DNA of 64,000 bases from an uncultured Acidobacteriota bacterium (GCA_963720545.1 OY970399.1:416001-480000); one strand, 5' to 3'; positions 41,535-51,286 are shown, numbered from the stretch's first letter. The notes: generated from the sequence alone by a model not told the origin. Program-made: numbers and translations.

Positions 41535-42560
41535 TCAATGGCCGCCGGCGAAATGCTGGAAGCCGTGCGGCTGCAGGGCGCTGCCCGTGCGCGCGTCCAC
41601 GACACCTTGCGCCTCGCCCGCCACGACCCCGATGACCGTGAGGCGCGTGCCGTGGCGGCCGGCGAGCTCCATCAGCGCCGCGAAATGCTGCGGCGGCACC
41701 GCCAGCAGCAGCTGGTAGTCCTCGCCGCCGTGCAGGGCCAGTCCCAGCGCGTCGAGACCCAGGCCACGCGCGACGCTCGCGGTGTGCGCCGCCACCGGCA
41801 GCAGCGCCGCGTCGAGGCTGGCGCCGGCGCGGCTCTCGCGGCACAGCGCAAGCAGGTCGGCGGAGAGGCCGTCGGAGAGGTCCATCGCGGCACTCGCAAG
41901 CGCCGCCTCGCCCACTGCGGCGGCGAAGGCGGCCGGCGGTTCGGGCGTCCACTGAGCGCGCAGGCAGGCGGCGACGGCGTCCTCCGGCAGGCCGGCCATG
42001 AGATCCCCGCCCGACTCCAGCAGCAGCAGGCCGGCAGCCGCGCCGCCAAGCGTCCCGGTGACTGCGAGCAGGTCGCCGGCCCGCGCGCCGCCGCGGGTCA
42101 GAATGGCGCCGCCGCCGGGCTCGCCCAGCATCGCGAGGTCGATCACCATCGGGCCGTCGATCGCCGCCAGGTTGCCGCCGACGAGCGCCACCGAGTAGCG
42201 GCGGCTCGCCTCGAGCAGGCCATCGTAGAGCGCCTCGACGAACGCAACCTTAGCCGTGCCAGGCAGGCACAGCGAGACTGTGGCGTAGCGCGGCCGGCCG
42301 CCCATCGCGGCAATGTCGGAGACGTTCACCGCGATGGCCTTGCGGCCAAGATCCGTTGCCGAGATCGAGCGCAGCCGGAAATGCACATCCTCCACGAGCG
42401 CATCGGTGGTGATGAGGGTGAGCGCGGACGTGGCGACGGCCGCGGCATCGTCGCCGAGTCCGATGACGACACCCACGCCGGCGCGGCCGGGCGGATCGAG
42501 CCGCTCGCGGAGGCGGGCGAGCAGCGCGCGCTCGCCGAATTCCCGCAGCGTCGTGGTCAA
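41535..42560 (-). CDS. thiL: Thiamine-monophosphate kinase
   Basis: GLGDDAA, DALVEDVHF, NVSDIAAMGG, DLSDGL, GGEDYQL, GFQHF. Confidence 0.95.
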   Translation of the reverse strand: MTTTLREFGERALLARLRERLDPPGRAGVGVVIGLGDDAAAVATSALTLITTDALVEDVHFRLRSISATDLGRKAIAVNVSDIAAMGGRPRYATVSLCLPGTAKVAFVEALYDGLLEASRRYSVALVGGNLAAIDGPMVIDLAMLGEPGGGAILTRGGARAGDLLAVTGTLGGAAAGLLLLESGGDLMAGLPEDAVAACLRAQWTPEPPAAFAAAVGEAALASAAMDLSDGLSADLLALCRESRAGASLDAALLPVAAHTASVARGLGLDALGLALHGGEDYQLLLAVPPQHFAALMELAGRHGTRLTVIGVVAGEAQGVVDARTGSALQPHGFQHFAGGH

Positions 42561-42564
42561 CGAC

Positions 42565-42741
42565 GACTCCCCGAAAATGCCGTGTGGTGCGTGACCATGA
42601 ACCTAGTCACAAGGTGGGAACCCTGCGTCCACTTCAGGCTTCCTCGACGCGGAGGCGTGCACACCGTGGAATCGACTCGGGTCCCCTGGGTTACGACGTT
42701 GGTTCAGGACTACAAAGCCATCACGAACAACACAGGGAGCC
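42565..42741 (-). ncRNA. ssrS: 6S RNA
   Basis: About 177 nt directly downstream of zapA; closing stem GGCUCCC/GGGAGUC; CUGAACC..GGUUCA pairing and GGUUCCCACC typical of the 6S rod. Confidence 0.8.
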
Positions 42742-42754
42742 GACGCCGCCGATG

Positions 42755-43048
42755 TTACACCACGTCCTTGAGCGCCACGTCCAGTTCCTTGACGAGCGCT
42801 TCGGTGCGCTTGCGCCACGCCGCGGGGTCGCCGCGGTCCTCGCGCAGGCGGTGGCACTCGTCGGCGAGGTTGAGGGCGGTGAGCACCGCGGCCCGCACCG
42901 TGTCCACCGACGCGGCGCTCTGGCTGATGTTGCGCATCTTCTTGTCCACCTGCGACGCCAGCTCGCGGATGTAGTCGGGATCGCTGCCGGCATGGACCGA
43001 ATAGCTCTGGCCGAAGATCTCGACCTGGATGCTGGCTTTGTCGCTCAT
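42755..43048 (-). CDS. zapA: Cell division protein ZapA
   Basis: VEIFGQSY, LASQVDKKMR, AAVLTALNLADE. Confidence 0.92.
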   Translation of the reverse strand: MSDKASIQVEIFGQSYSVHAGSDPDYIRELASQVDKKMRNISQSAASVDTVRAAVLTALNLADECHRLREDRGDPAAWRKRTEALVKELDVALKDVV

Positions 43049-43060
43049 GGCAGGCTCCGC

Positions 43061-43357
43061 TTAGGACTCGAGTTCGTCCAATAGTGACACGATCCGCGCC
43101 ACGCGCTGCGCGACTTGCTCGCGTTCTGTGCGCAGCGCCTTCAACTCGGCGCGCGCGGCCGCCAGATCGCGAGCCGCGGAGCCGCTCGTCTCCTTGTCCT
43201 TCTGCGCCGACGCGAGCCGCTCCGCAAGCGTCGCCTGCGCGGCCTGCGCCTGCTGCGCCTGCTGTGCCAGCGACGCGTTTTCCTTCTTCAGGCGGCGCAG
43301 CGCCTCGGCGGCGCGCGCGACGCGTTCCTCGAGGTGCTCGAAGGTCTTGTCTTCCAT
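43061..43357 (-). CDS. ZapB-like coiled-coil protein
   Basis: LEERV..LKKEN..ERE heptads; located between pheT and zapA. Confidence 0.75.
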   Translation of the reverse strand: MEDKTFEHLEERVARAAEALRRLKKENASLAQQAQQAQAAQATLAERLASAQKDKETSGSAARDLAAARAELKALRTEREQVAQRVARIVSLLDELES

Positions 43358-43369
43358 TGCTGTCGTCCC

Positions 43370-45436
43370 CTATCCCTCGCCGCGAATCTCGGCGCCCGCC
43401 GCGCCCAGCGCCGCCGCCACCGCGGCGACGGACGCCTGGACCTCGTCGCCGGTGAGCGTCCGTTCCGGGTGCTGATAGCGCAGGCGCAGGGTAAGGCTCA
43501 CCTTACCCGGTGACAAGGGCGAACCGGAATAGCGGTCGGCCACTTCCGCATCGAGAAGCAGCGGCCCGGCGCTGCGCCGCACGTCCGCGAGCCACTCGGC
43601 CGCCGGGCGCGCGGCGTCGATGACGAGCGAAAGGTCGCGCACCACGCCGGGAAAGCGCGGCAGCGGGCGCGTCTCGTGCATCGCTCCCGGCATGGCAAGC
43701 AGCCCCTCGAGGTCGAGTTCGCCGATGACCACGTCGCCACGCAGGCCGAGCGCCGCGCCGAGGTCGGGGTGCAGCACGCCGGCATAGCCGAGAACGCCTG
43801 CCTGCCACGCGACGAGCGCCGCCTTGCCCGGATGCAGGAACGGCGGCGGCGCGCCTGTGTCGGCCCGCAGCGCGGGCACGCCGAGGGTGGCCGCGAGCAG
43901 CTCGACGATGCCCTTGGCGTCGAAGAAGTCGGCTGGTCGCGGCTTTTCCGACCAGCTCGGGCGCCGCAGCGAGCCGGCCGCTAGGAAACCGACGCGGAGG
44001 TGCTCGTCCGGGCGCGCGGCGGCGTCTCCATGACCGTCGCGCGGCGTGAACACGTGCCCGATCTCGAAGAGCGCCACGTCGCGCCGTCCCTGCCGCAGGT
44101 TGGCCTGGAGATTGGCGAGGAGGCCGGGGAAGACGAGCGAGGTGCGGAGCACGTCGCGATCCTCCGAGAGCGGGTTCTCGAGGGCGACCGCCGCGGCACC
44201 ATAGGCCGCGGCGCCGCGCGACGACACAAAGGCGTAGTTGATGTTCTCGGTGTAGCCGGCGCCGCTCAGCACCTCGCGTACCGCGCGCTCGCGCGTCTGC
44301 TCGTGCTTCAGCCCGGTGGCGAGGCGCGCGGAGCTGCGCGGAATCGCCGTGGGCAGCGCATTGAGCCCGACGTGGCGGGCCACTTCCTCGATGAGGTCCA
44401 CCTCGCGCTGCACGTCGGAGCGCCAGCTCGGCACCGTGAAGGGCCGGCTCGCGCCGGCACGTGCGCCTGCCACAAAGCCGAGCTGCGCCAGGATCGCTTC
44501 ACACCGCTCCTCCGTGACCGCCATCCCCAGCACCCGTTCGACCTGCGCGAAGCGCAGCGTGAGGACGCGCGGGGTGCGTGGCGCGGCGGAAACGTCGATC
44601 GTGCCGGGCCGTGCGGAACCGGCGCCGAGCTTTTCCAGCAGGTTGGCGACGCGGTCGAGGGCGACGAGCGGCGCTTCGGGATCGGCACCGCGTTCGAAAC
44701 GGTGCGACGCCTCGGTGTGCATGCCGAGCGACTTGGCCGAGCGGCGGACGGCGAGCGGCGTCCAGTACGCCGCCTCCAGGACGATGGTGGTGGTTGCGTC
44801 CGACACCTCGCTCGAGGCGCCGCCCATGACGCCGGCCAGCGCCAGTGCCTGGTCCGGACTCGCGACGACCCCTTGTTTCGGACCCAGAGTGCGCTCGGCG
44901 CCGTCGAGCGTGCGCAGCGTCTCGCCGGCACGTGCCCAGCGCACCACGAGCGCCGACTGCGGGATGAGCGCCGCGTCGAAGGCGTGGGTCGGCTGCCCCA
45001 TTTCGAGCATCACGTAGTTGGTCGCGTCCACAACGTTGCTGATCGAACGCACGCCGGCGGCCGCGAGCCGATCCCGGAGCCAGCCGGGCGAGGGTGCCAC
45101 CCGCACGTCGAGCACGCGCGCGCAGAAGCGCGGGCACAGGTCGGGCGCTTCGATCTCGATACGCACTGCCGCACTTGCCGGCGCGCCCTGTTCGGCAACC
45201 TGGCGCTCGACCCCCAGCAGCGGCTTGCCGTAGAGGGTCGCGACCTCGCGCGCCACACCGTGGACGTTCATGCAATCGACGCGGTTGGTGGTGATGTCGA
45301 GATCGAGGACGACGTCCGCGCCGCTGGGCACCACCGCATCGACCGCCAGGCCGCAAAGCGTCAGGTCGTTGGCCAGGCGCTTCGCGTCCACTTCGAACGC
45401 GACGTACTCGCGCAGCCAGGAGAGCGGGATCTTCAC
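43370..45436 (-). CDS. pheT: Phenylalanine--tRNA ligase beta subunit (short form)
   Basis: KIPLSWLREY, ITTNRVDC, GQPTHAFD, RFERG, DLIEEVAR, RDLS; 688 aa. Confidence 0.95.
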   Translation of the reverse strand: MKIPLSWLREYVAFEVDAKRLANDLTLCGLAVDAVVPSGADVVLDLDITTNRVDCMNVHGVAREVATLYGKPLLGVERQVAEQGAPASAAVRIEIEAPDLCPRFCARVLDVRVAPSPGWLRDRLAAAGVRSISNVVDATNYVMLEMGQPTHAFDAALIPQSALVVRWARAGETLRTLDGAERTLGPKQGVVASPDQALALAGVMGGASSEVSDATTTIVLEAAYWTPLAVRRSAKSLGMHTEASHRFERGADPEAPLVALDRVANLLEKLGAGSARPGTIDVSAAPRTPRVLTLRFAQVERVLGMAVTEERCEAILAQLGFVAGARAGASRPFTVPSWRSDVQREVDLIEEVARHVGLNALPTAIPRSSARLATGLKHEQTRERAVREVLSGAGYTENINYAFVSSRGAAAYGAAAVALENPLSEDRDVLRTSLVFPGLLANLQANLRQGRRDVALFEIGHVFTPRDGHGDAAARPDEHLRVGFLAAGSLRRPSWSEKPRPADFFDAKGIVELLAATLGVPALRADTGAPPPFLHPGKAALVAWQAGVLGYAGVLHPDLGAALGLRGDVVIGELDLEGLLAMPGAMHETRPLPRFPGVVRDLSLVIDAARPAAEWLADVRRSAGPLLLDAEVADRYSGSPLSPGKVSLTLRLRYQHPERTLTGDEVQASVAAVAAALGAAGAEIRGEG

Positions 45437-46524
45437 AAGGCGCCGAACTGTTCGAGGAAGCGCAGGTCGCCGGTGTAGAGGTTGCGGATGTCGTCGATCG
45501 CGTAGCGGCGCAGCGCCATGCGCTCGATGCCCATGCCGAAGGCGAAGCCCGTGACCGTCTCGGGATCGTAGACGACGTGCCCGAGGCGCTTGTTGACGGC
45601 CTCGAACACCGCCGGGTGCACCATGCCCGAGCCGAGCAGCTCGACGAAGCCGGTGAACTTGCACACCCGGCAGCCTGGCCCGCCGCACACGACGCAGCCG
45701 AGGTCCACTTCGACCGACGGCTCCGTGTAGGGGAAGAAGGACGGACGGAAGCGCACCGGCAGCGATGGGCCGAACATCCGCGACAGGAACGCCTCGACCG
45801 TGCCCTTGAGGTGCGCGAGCGTCACGTCCTCGCCCACGACCAGGCCCTCGATCTGGTGAAACATCTGCGAGTGCGTCGGGTCCTCCTCGTCGCGGCGGAA
45901 CACCTTGCCCGGACAGATGATGCGCACTTCGGGCGGATGCGGGTTCTCGAGCATGTAGCGGATCTGGCCGGTCGAGGTGTGGGTGCGCAGCAGCAGGTCG
46001 GTGCGGCCCTGCAGGTAGAACGTGTCCTGCATGTCGCGGGCCGGATGCTCGGGAGGCATGTTGAGCGCCTCGAAGCAGTGGAAGTCGTCGTCGACCTCGG
46101 GCCCGTCGTAGACCTCGTAGCCCATGGAGACGAAGATGTCTTCCATCTCCTCGCGCACCGCCGTCAGCGGATGGCGCGCGCCGCGCGCGGGCCGGCGTCC
46201 CGGCAACGTGATGTCGACGCGCTGTGCGGCCAGCCGCGCGGTGCGCTCGACTGCGGCAGCGCCGCCTTGAAGCTCTTCGAGGCGCGCCTCGATCGAGCCC
46301 TTCAGCTCGTTGAGCGCGGCGCCGGCGGCTTTACGCTCCGCTGGCTCGAGCGAGCCGAGCGTCTTCAGGAGCTGTGTCAGCGCGCCGGACTTGCGTCCGA
46401 GGAACCGGTCGCGCAGGGCGCCCAGCTCCTTGTCGGCCGGTTGCCCCGCCGCGACCCTGGCGGCGGTCGCGGCTGCCGCCGCAAAGAACTCGTCGCGGAG
46501 CGCGCGCACCCGGTCGTCCGTCAT
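45433..46524 (-). CDS. pheS: Phenylalanine--tRNA ligase alpha subunit
   Basis: HPARDMQDTF, LRTHTS, FHQIEGL, RPSFFPYTEPS, GFAFGMGIER. Confidence 0.97.
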   Translation of the reverse strand: MTDDRVRALRDEFFAAAAATAARVAAGQPADKELGALRDRFLGRKSGALTQLLKTLGSLEPAERKAAGAALNELKGSIEARLEELQGGAAAVERTARLAAQRVDITLPGRRPARGARHPLTAVREEMEDIFVSMGYEVYDGPEVDDDFHCFEALNMPPEHPARDMQDTFYLQGRTDLLLRTHTSTGQIRYMLENPHPPEVRIICPGKVFRRDEEDPTHSQMFHQIEGLVVGEDVTLAHLKGTVEAFLSRMFGPSLPVRFRPSFFPYTEPSVEVDLGCVVCGGPGCRVCKFTGFVELLGSGMVHPAVFEAVNKRLGHVVYDPETVTGFAFGMGIERMALRRYAIDDIRNLYTGDLRFLEQFGAL

Positions 46525-46540
46525 CGGCCCTTTTTCGCGA

Positions 46541-46942
46541 TCAGGCCGTGGCGGACTTGGCGGGCGCCGGCCGGGCGCTTGCGGACTTCGCGTTCGCCGC
46601 CTTCGCGGCTTCGACGAGCTTGGTGAACCCGCCCGCATCGTGCACGGCGATCTCGGCGAGCGCCTTGCGGTCGAGGCCGATGCCCGCCTTGGTGAGCCCC
46701 GACATGAACTGGCTGTAGGAGATTTCGTTCAGGCGCGCGGCGGCGTTGATGCGCACGATCCAGAGGCGGCGGTAGTCGCGCTTCTTGACCTTGCGGCCGA
46801 CGTAGGCGTTGCGGCCGGCGCGGTCGACGGCTTCCTTGGCGGCGCGGTACAGCTTGCCCTTGTTGAGGAAGAAGCCCTTGGCCAGGTGCAGCAGCTTCTT
46901 GCGTTTCTCGCGGCGGCTGCTGCCTCTTTTTACTCTCGGCAC
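46541..46942 (-). CDS. rplT: 50S ribosomal protein L20
   Basis: [31 protein letters not shown]. Confidence 0.97.
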   Translation of the reverse strand: MPRVKRGSSRREKRKKLLHLAKGFFLNKGKLYRAAKEAVDRAGRNAYVGRKVKKRDYRRLWIVRINAAARLNEISYSQFMSGLTKAGIGLDRKALAEIAVHDAGGFTKLVEAAKAANAKSASARPAPAKSATA

Positions 46943-47066
46943 TGGGTGAGACCTTTCGGTTCCGGCACGGACCCCAAATGGTCCGGCCCGCTGCGCTTAC
47001 AGGCGGCAACGAGGCCCGGGCCGCCCTGCTGGCGCCCCTTGAAGTTGCTGAATTATACCCGAGGCG

Positions 47067-47279
47067 TCAGCCGGTCAGCATCTTGCGCACGTTGGGCGTA
47101 TCGGCCTTCGAGACCAGGGTTGCCTTGCGCAGGCCGCGCTTGCGGCCGGTGGCCTTGCTCGTCAGGATGTGGCGCTTCATCGAATGGCCGCGCTTCACCT
47201 TGCCGCTCGCCGTCAGCGAGAAGCGCTTCCTGGCCGCGCGCTTGGTCTTGAGCTTCAGTTTCTTCTTGGGCTTTCTCAT
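47067..47279 (-). CDS. rpmI: 50S ribosomal protein L35
   Basis: [26 protein letters not shown]. Confidence 0.95.
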   Translation of the reverse strand: MRKPKKKLKLKTKRAARKRFSLTASGKVKRGHSMKRHILTSKATGRKRGLRKATLVSKADTPNVRKMLTG

Positions 47280-47863
47280 TCCGCTCCTCGGGTTGTGGCC
47301 TTCTCAGGCTTCTCGGCCTTCTCGGCCTTTTTCGGCTTGACCGGGGCAACTTCCTTCTTCGGTCCGAGGATCTGGACCATGGTGTTGCCTTCCTGCTTGG
47401 GATGCGACTCGACTATTGCCGTCTCGGTCAGCTCGCGCGCGAGCCGCTCCAGGATGCGGCGCCCGATCTCGACGTGGATGATCTCGCGGCCGCGGAACAT
47501 GATGGTCGACTTCACCTTGTTGCCTTCCAGCAGGAAGCGCTCGGCGTTGCGCTTCTTGAACTGGAAGTCGTGCTCGTCGACGCGCGGCCGGAACTTCACT
47601 TCCTTGACCTGGATGTGCCGCTGGTGCTTCTTCGCCTCGGACTCGCGCTTCGCCTGCTGGTAGAAGAACTTTCCGGAGTTCATGATGCGGCACACCGGCG
47701 GCGTTGCCGTGGGGGCGATCTCGACCAGGTCGAGACCCTTCTCCTCGGCAAGCATCAGCGCCTGGGCTGGCGGCATGATGCCGAGCTGCCCGCCGTCGTC
47801 GTCGATGACGCGCACTTCCTTGGCACGGATGCGGTCGTTTATGCGAACCGCTTTTTGATCTAT
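47276..47863 (-). CDS. infC: Translation initiation factor IF-3 (probable ATA start)
   Basis: [43 protein letters not shown] at 47861-47863 behind SD-like GGGGGTG. Confidence 0.93.
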   Translation of the reverse strand: MDQKAVRINDRIRAKEVRVIDDDGGQLGIMPPAQALMLAEEKGLDLVEIAPTATPPVCRIMNSGKFFYQQAKRESEAKKHQRHIQVKEVKFRPRVDEHDFQFKKRNAERFLLEGNKVKSTIMFRGREIIHVEIGRRILERLARELTETAIVESHPKQEGNTMVQILGPKKEVAPVKPKKAEKAEKPEKATTRGAE

Positions 47864-49671
47864 TGGACACCCCCGGGAATGACTGCCTCCTCCTGCGTCG
47901 CGCGCGTGCTGACGAGCCGGGCGATCTTCTCGCCCAGCGCCGCAACGGTCATGGCGCCGAGGTCGCCGGCGTGGCGATGCCGCACCGCGATCTCCCCCGA
48001 CTCCACTTCCTTGTCGCCGACCACGATCATGTACGGCACCTTCTGCACCTGCGCTTCGCGAATCTTGTAGCCGAGCTTCTCGGCGCGGTCGTCGACATGC
48101 ACGCGTGCGCCCGCCGCGCGCAGCTCGGCGGCCACCGCCGCGGCGCGCGACTGGTGGCGCTCCGCGACCGGCAGCACCGCAACCTGCACCGGTGCCAGCC
48201 ACAGCGGGAACGCGCCGCCGTGGTGCTCGATGAGGATGCCGAAGAAGCGCTCGAGGCTGCCGAGCAGCGCCCGGTGCACCATCACCGGCGGGTGCGGCTT
48301 GCCGTCCTCGCCGATGTACTCGAGCGCAAAGCGCGCCGGGTTGTGGAAGTCGACCTGGATGGTCGAGCATTGCCAGGCGCGCTCCAGCGAATCCTTGATC
48401 TTGATGTCTATCTTCGGCCCGTAGAAGGTGCCCTCGCCCGGGTCCACGACGTAAGCGAGCGAGCGCGTCGTCAGCGCCTGCTTGAGCGCGTCGGTCGCGA
48501 TCGCCCAGTTCTCTTCGCTGCCGCTCGCGTTCTGCGGGCGCGTCGAGAGGTAGATGTCGTAGCGGTCGAAGCCGAAGGTCGTGAGCATGCCGGTGACGAA
48601 GTCGAGGACCCGCAGGATCTCGACCTGCAGCTGGTCCATGCGGCAGAAGACGTGCGCGTCGTCCTGGGTGAAGCCGCGCACCCGCATCAGGCCGTGCAGC
48701 ACGCCGGAGCGCTCGAAGCGGTAGACGGTGCCGAGCTCGGCGTAGCGGAACGGCAGCTCGCGGTAGCTGCGCAGGTGCGCGCGGTAGATGGTGATGTGGA
48801 ACGGACAGTTCATCGGCTTCAACTGGTACGGTGCGCCTTCGATCTCGATGGGCGCGTACATGTTGGCCTTGTAGTACTCGGTGTGCCCGCTGGTGTTCCA
48901 CAGCTCGAGCTTCGCGATGTGCGGCGAGTAGACGAGGTCGTAGCCGCCGGCGAGGTGCTGGTCGCGCCAGAAGTCCTCGATCTGCTTGCGGATGAAGCCG
49001 CCCTTCGGGTGCCACAGGATGAGGCCTGCGCCGGTCTCTTCGGTCATCGAGAAGAGGTCGAGTTCGCGTCCCAGCTTGCGGTGGTCGCGGCGCTTCGCCT
49101 CCTCGAGGCGGTGCAGGTGCAGGTCGAGCTCTTCCTTCGTGAAGAAAGCGTAGCCGTAGATGCGCTGCATCGACGGGTTGCCTTCCTTACCCTTCCAGTA
49201 TGCGGCGGCCGGCGACGGGTTGAGCTTGAAGGCCTTGATGTGCGAGGTCGAAGGCAGGTGCGGGCCGAGGCAGAAGTCGATGAAGTTGCCCATGGTGTAG
49301 CACTGCACCGTGTCGCCGGCCTTCTCCTCGATCAGCTCGCACTTCAGCTTCTGCCCGAGCTTCGCGAACAGCTCGAGGGCTTCCGCCTTCGGGATGAGCT
49401 TCTTCTCGATGGGCCGGTTCTGCTTGACGATGTGCGCCATCCGCTTCTCGATGGCGGTGAGGTCCTCGGGGGTAAACGGTTGCTTCACCAGGAAGTCGTA
49501 GAAAAAACCGTCTTCGGTGGGCGGCCCGATGCCGCACTGGGCCTCGGCGTGGAGCTCCGTGACCGCGGCGGCCAGCAGGTGCGCGGAAGAGTGCCGGTAA
49601 ATCTCGATCGGGGAGTCGGCAGGCTTCGTCTCGCCGGAGGGTCCGACGTATTCGGACGACACGGACTCCAT
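47860..49671 (-). CDS. thrS: Threonine--tRNA ligase (lacks N-terminal TGS domain)
   Basis: RHSSAHLL, DFCLGPH, RDHRKLG, KPMNCP, RVRGFTQDDAH, FYGPKID. Confidence 0.97.
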   Translation of the reverse strand: MESVSSEYVGPSGETKPADSPIEIYRHSSAHLLAAAVTELHAEAQCGIGPPTEDGFFYDFLVKQPFTPEDLTAIEKRMAHIVKQNRPIEKKLIPKAEALELFAKLGQKLKCELIEEKAGDTVQCYTMGNFIDFCLGPHLPSTSHIKAFKLNPSPAAAYWKGKEGNPSMQRIYGYAFFTKEELDLHLHRLEEAKRRDHRKLGRELDLFSMTEETGAGLILWHPKGGFIRKQIEDFWRDQHLAGGYDLVYSPHIAKLELWNTSGHTEYYKANMYAPIEIEGAPYQLKPMNCPFHITIYRAHLRSYRELPFRYAELGTVYRFERSGVLHGLMRVRGFTQDDAHVFCRMDQLQVEILRVLDFVTGMLTTFGFDRYDIYLSTRPQNASGSEENWAIATDALKQALTTRSLAYVVDPGEGTFYGPKIDIKIKDSLERAWQCSTIQVDFHNPARFALEYIGEDGKPHPPVMVHRALLGSLERFFGILIEHHGGAFPLWLAPVQVAVLPVAERHQSRAAAVAAELRAAGARVHVDDRAEKLGYKIREAQVQKVPYMIVVGDKEVESGEIAVRHRHAGDLGAMTVAALGEKIARLVSTRATQEEAVIPGGVQ

Positions 49672-49736
49672 TAACGAATCAGCATCTTGCGGCGACGAGC
49701 CTCAAAACCCTCTTTCTGTTCCTGACCGCGGCGGCT

Positions 49737-49811
49737 TGGTAGGCGCGGATGGAATTGAACCATCGACCCCTTCCGTGTCAAGGAAGTGCTCTACCACTGA
49801 GCCACGCGCCT
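49737..49811 (-). tRNA. tRNA-Val(GAC)
   Basis: AGGCGCG acceptor stem, D arm GCTCAGTGGTAGAGC, anticodon arm CTTCC-TTGACAC-GGAAG, GTTCAAT T loop, encoded CCA; 75 nt. Confidence 0.97.
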
Positions 49812-49832
49812 GTGTAATCCGTTGAGCATGTG

Positions 49833-49862
49833 AGAGTAACAGCCCATTGCGCGGAGTGTCAA
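49833..49862 (-). promoter_or_regulatory. sigma70-type promoter for tRNA-Val/thrS
   Basis: TTGACA-N18-TACTCT with TG extended -10. Confidence 0.7.
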
Positions 49863-49878
49863 TCAACGCGCCGCCGGG

Positions 49879-50058
49879 TCAGTGCGCGGGCTCCGCAGCC
49901 GGCACGTGGTCGTAACTGATGACGCGCGCGAGGCGCCATACTCCACCCTCGTTCCGCCAGATGTCGATGAGCTTCCCGGTCCCGGTGAGGCGGTCGGGCT
50001 CCCCCTTGCGAACCGCGAAGAAGCGATGGGTGCCCATCTGAAGGGCGCCGAAGTTGCT
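49879..50058 (-). pseudogene. C-terminal remnant of an NTF2/DUF4440-family gene
   Basis: Manual translation NFGALQMGTHRF..GKLIDIWRNEGGVWRLARVISYDH..stop; N-terminal half absent. Confidence 0.65.
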
Positions 50059-50074
50059 TGATGTCTGAAGGTGA

Positions 50075-51286
50075 CTAACGAACCGGGCCTGCCGGAGTTC
50101 CCGGAATCGCGAGCGGGCGCATTTGCGCGAGGTACCAGCGGTGGATTTCTTCGCCGGCCGCGCGGTGGCCGCGTGTGTCGAAGTGGATGTCGGCGGCGAG
50201 ATAGAGGTTCTCGCCGCTGCGCAGCACGCGTTCGCGCAACGGCGGCAGCAGGTCGAGGAACGGCACCTGCTGTTCGCGCGCCCACACCTTGAGGTACGCC
50301 TGCGGAAAGTCGATGTCGTAGGCGGCGCTCGCGGGCTGTGCCGCGTACACCTGATCCCGGAACGGGATCGAGACGACGCCGACGTTGAAGCCTGCGCTGC
50401 GGCCGAGGGCGCGGATGCTGTCGAGTTTGGTGACGAGCGCGTCGCGTGCCTGCAGGATGAAGGGCGGCTGCGGCAGCTGCGACCAGAACGTGAAGGTGGT
50501 GAAGCGGCGGCTGACGCTGAACTCGAGCCACGGGTTCTGTGCGCCGAAGAGCCCGTAGAGCCGATCGAAAGTGCGCAGTCGCGACAGCACCCGGCGCACC
50601 GTTTCGGGATCGCGCGCCGGCGGCGACACCGTGTCGTCCTGCTTCAGAAACGCCGCAGGCACACGGCCCGCGAGCCGCTCCTGGTTCAGCTCGACGCCAC
50701 CGTTCCTCAGGTCGTACTTGTCGACACCAAGGTAGGTGTCGCGAAAATCGTTGCCGGAGAAGACCGTGACGATGACGTCGTCGGGTGCGAAGGCGAGCAC
50801 GTCCTCGCGCAGCTGCAGCTCCATGTCGTCGACGCCGTAGCCGCCAACGCCGAAGTCGAGCACCTCGAAGCGCCTCTTGTTGAGCTTCTCCTCGAGGACG
50901 CCGGCAAAGCTCGTCTCGATCGACTCCGACCAGCAGCCGAACGCGAACGAGTCGCCGAGGATCGCCACGCGGCGCCGCCCCTTCGGCTTCTCGAGCGATA
51001 CCTCGTGCCAGCGCATGCCATGGCTGTTGGTGTGCACCGCGACCGCGACGCCCTTGAGGCGCGCGACCCTGTCGAGGTTCGGTGCCAGGCGATACGACCC
51101 GGTGCCGTGCGGGTTCGCGCGCATCAGCTGCAGCGGCTCGCCGTAGAGCCGGCGCGCCTCCGCGCGGCGATCGACGCGTGCCAGCACCAGTTCCGAAACG
51201 GTCAATGCGGCGGCGAATCCCAGCAGCATGCTGACGACACGGAACACGGCGAGCCGCCGGCGTGACACGGGCGCCGTGGCGCTCAC
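50075..51286 (-). CDS. Membrane-anchored SGNH/GDSL hydrolase-family protein
   Basis: N-terminal TM, TNSHGMR, ILGDSFAFG, FGVGGYG, GNDF, DIHF..GH. Confidence 0.85.
   Translation of the reverse strand: MSATAPVSRRRLAVFRVVSMLLGFAAALTVSELVLARVDRRAEARRLYGEPLQLMRANPHGTGSYRLAPNLDRVARLKGVAVAVHTNSHGMRWHEVSLEKPKGRRRVAILGDSFAFGCWSESIETSFAGVLEEKLNKRRFEVLDFGVGGYGVDDMELQLREDVLAFAPDDVIVTVFSGNDFRDTYLGVDKYDLRNGGVELNQERLAGRVPAAFLKQDDTVSPPARDPETVRRVLSRLRTFDRLYGLFGAQNPWLEFSVSRRFTTFTFWSQLPQPPFILQARDALVTKLDSIRALGRSAGFNVGVVSIPFRDQVYAAQPASAAYDIDFPQAYLKVWAREQQVPFLDLLPPLRERVLRSGENLYLAADIHFDTRGHRAAGEEIHRWYLAQMRPLAIPGTPAGPVR

Noticed and set aside
47863..49674. Long antisense ORFs mirroring real genes (also 12515-15046, 36581-38899, 51262-53292)
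   Set aside because: Expected in high-GC DNA; no recognisable motifs, and the opposite strand holds clear genes
49672..49736. T-box or thrS operator
   Set aside because: Only 65 nt between tRNA and thrS; no T-box motif or clear anticodon-like hairpins
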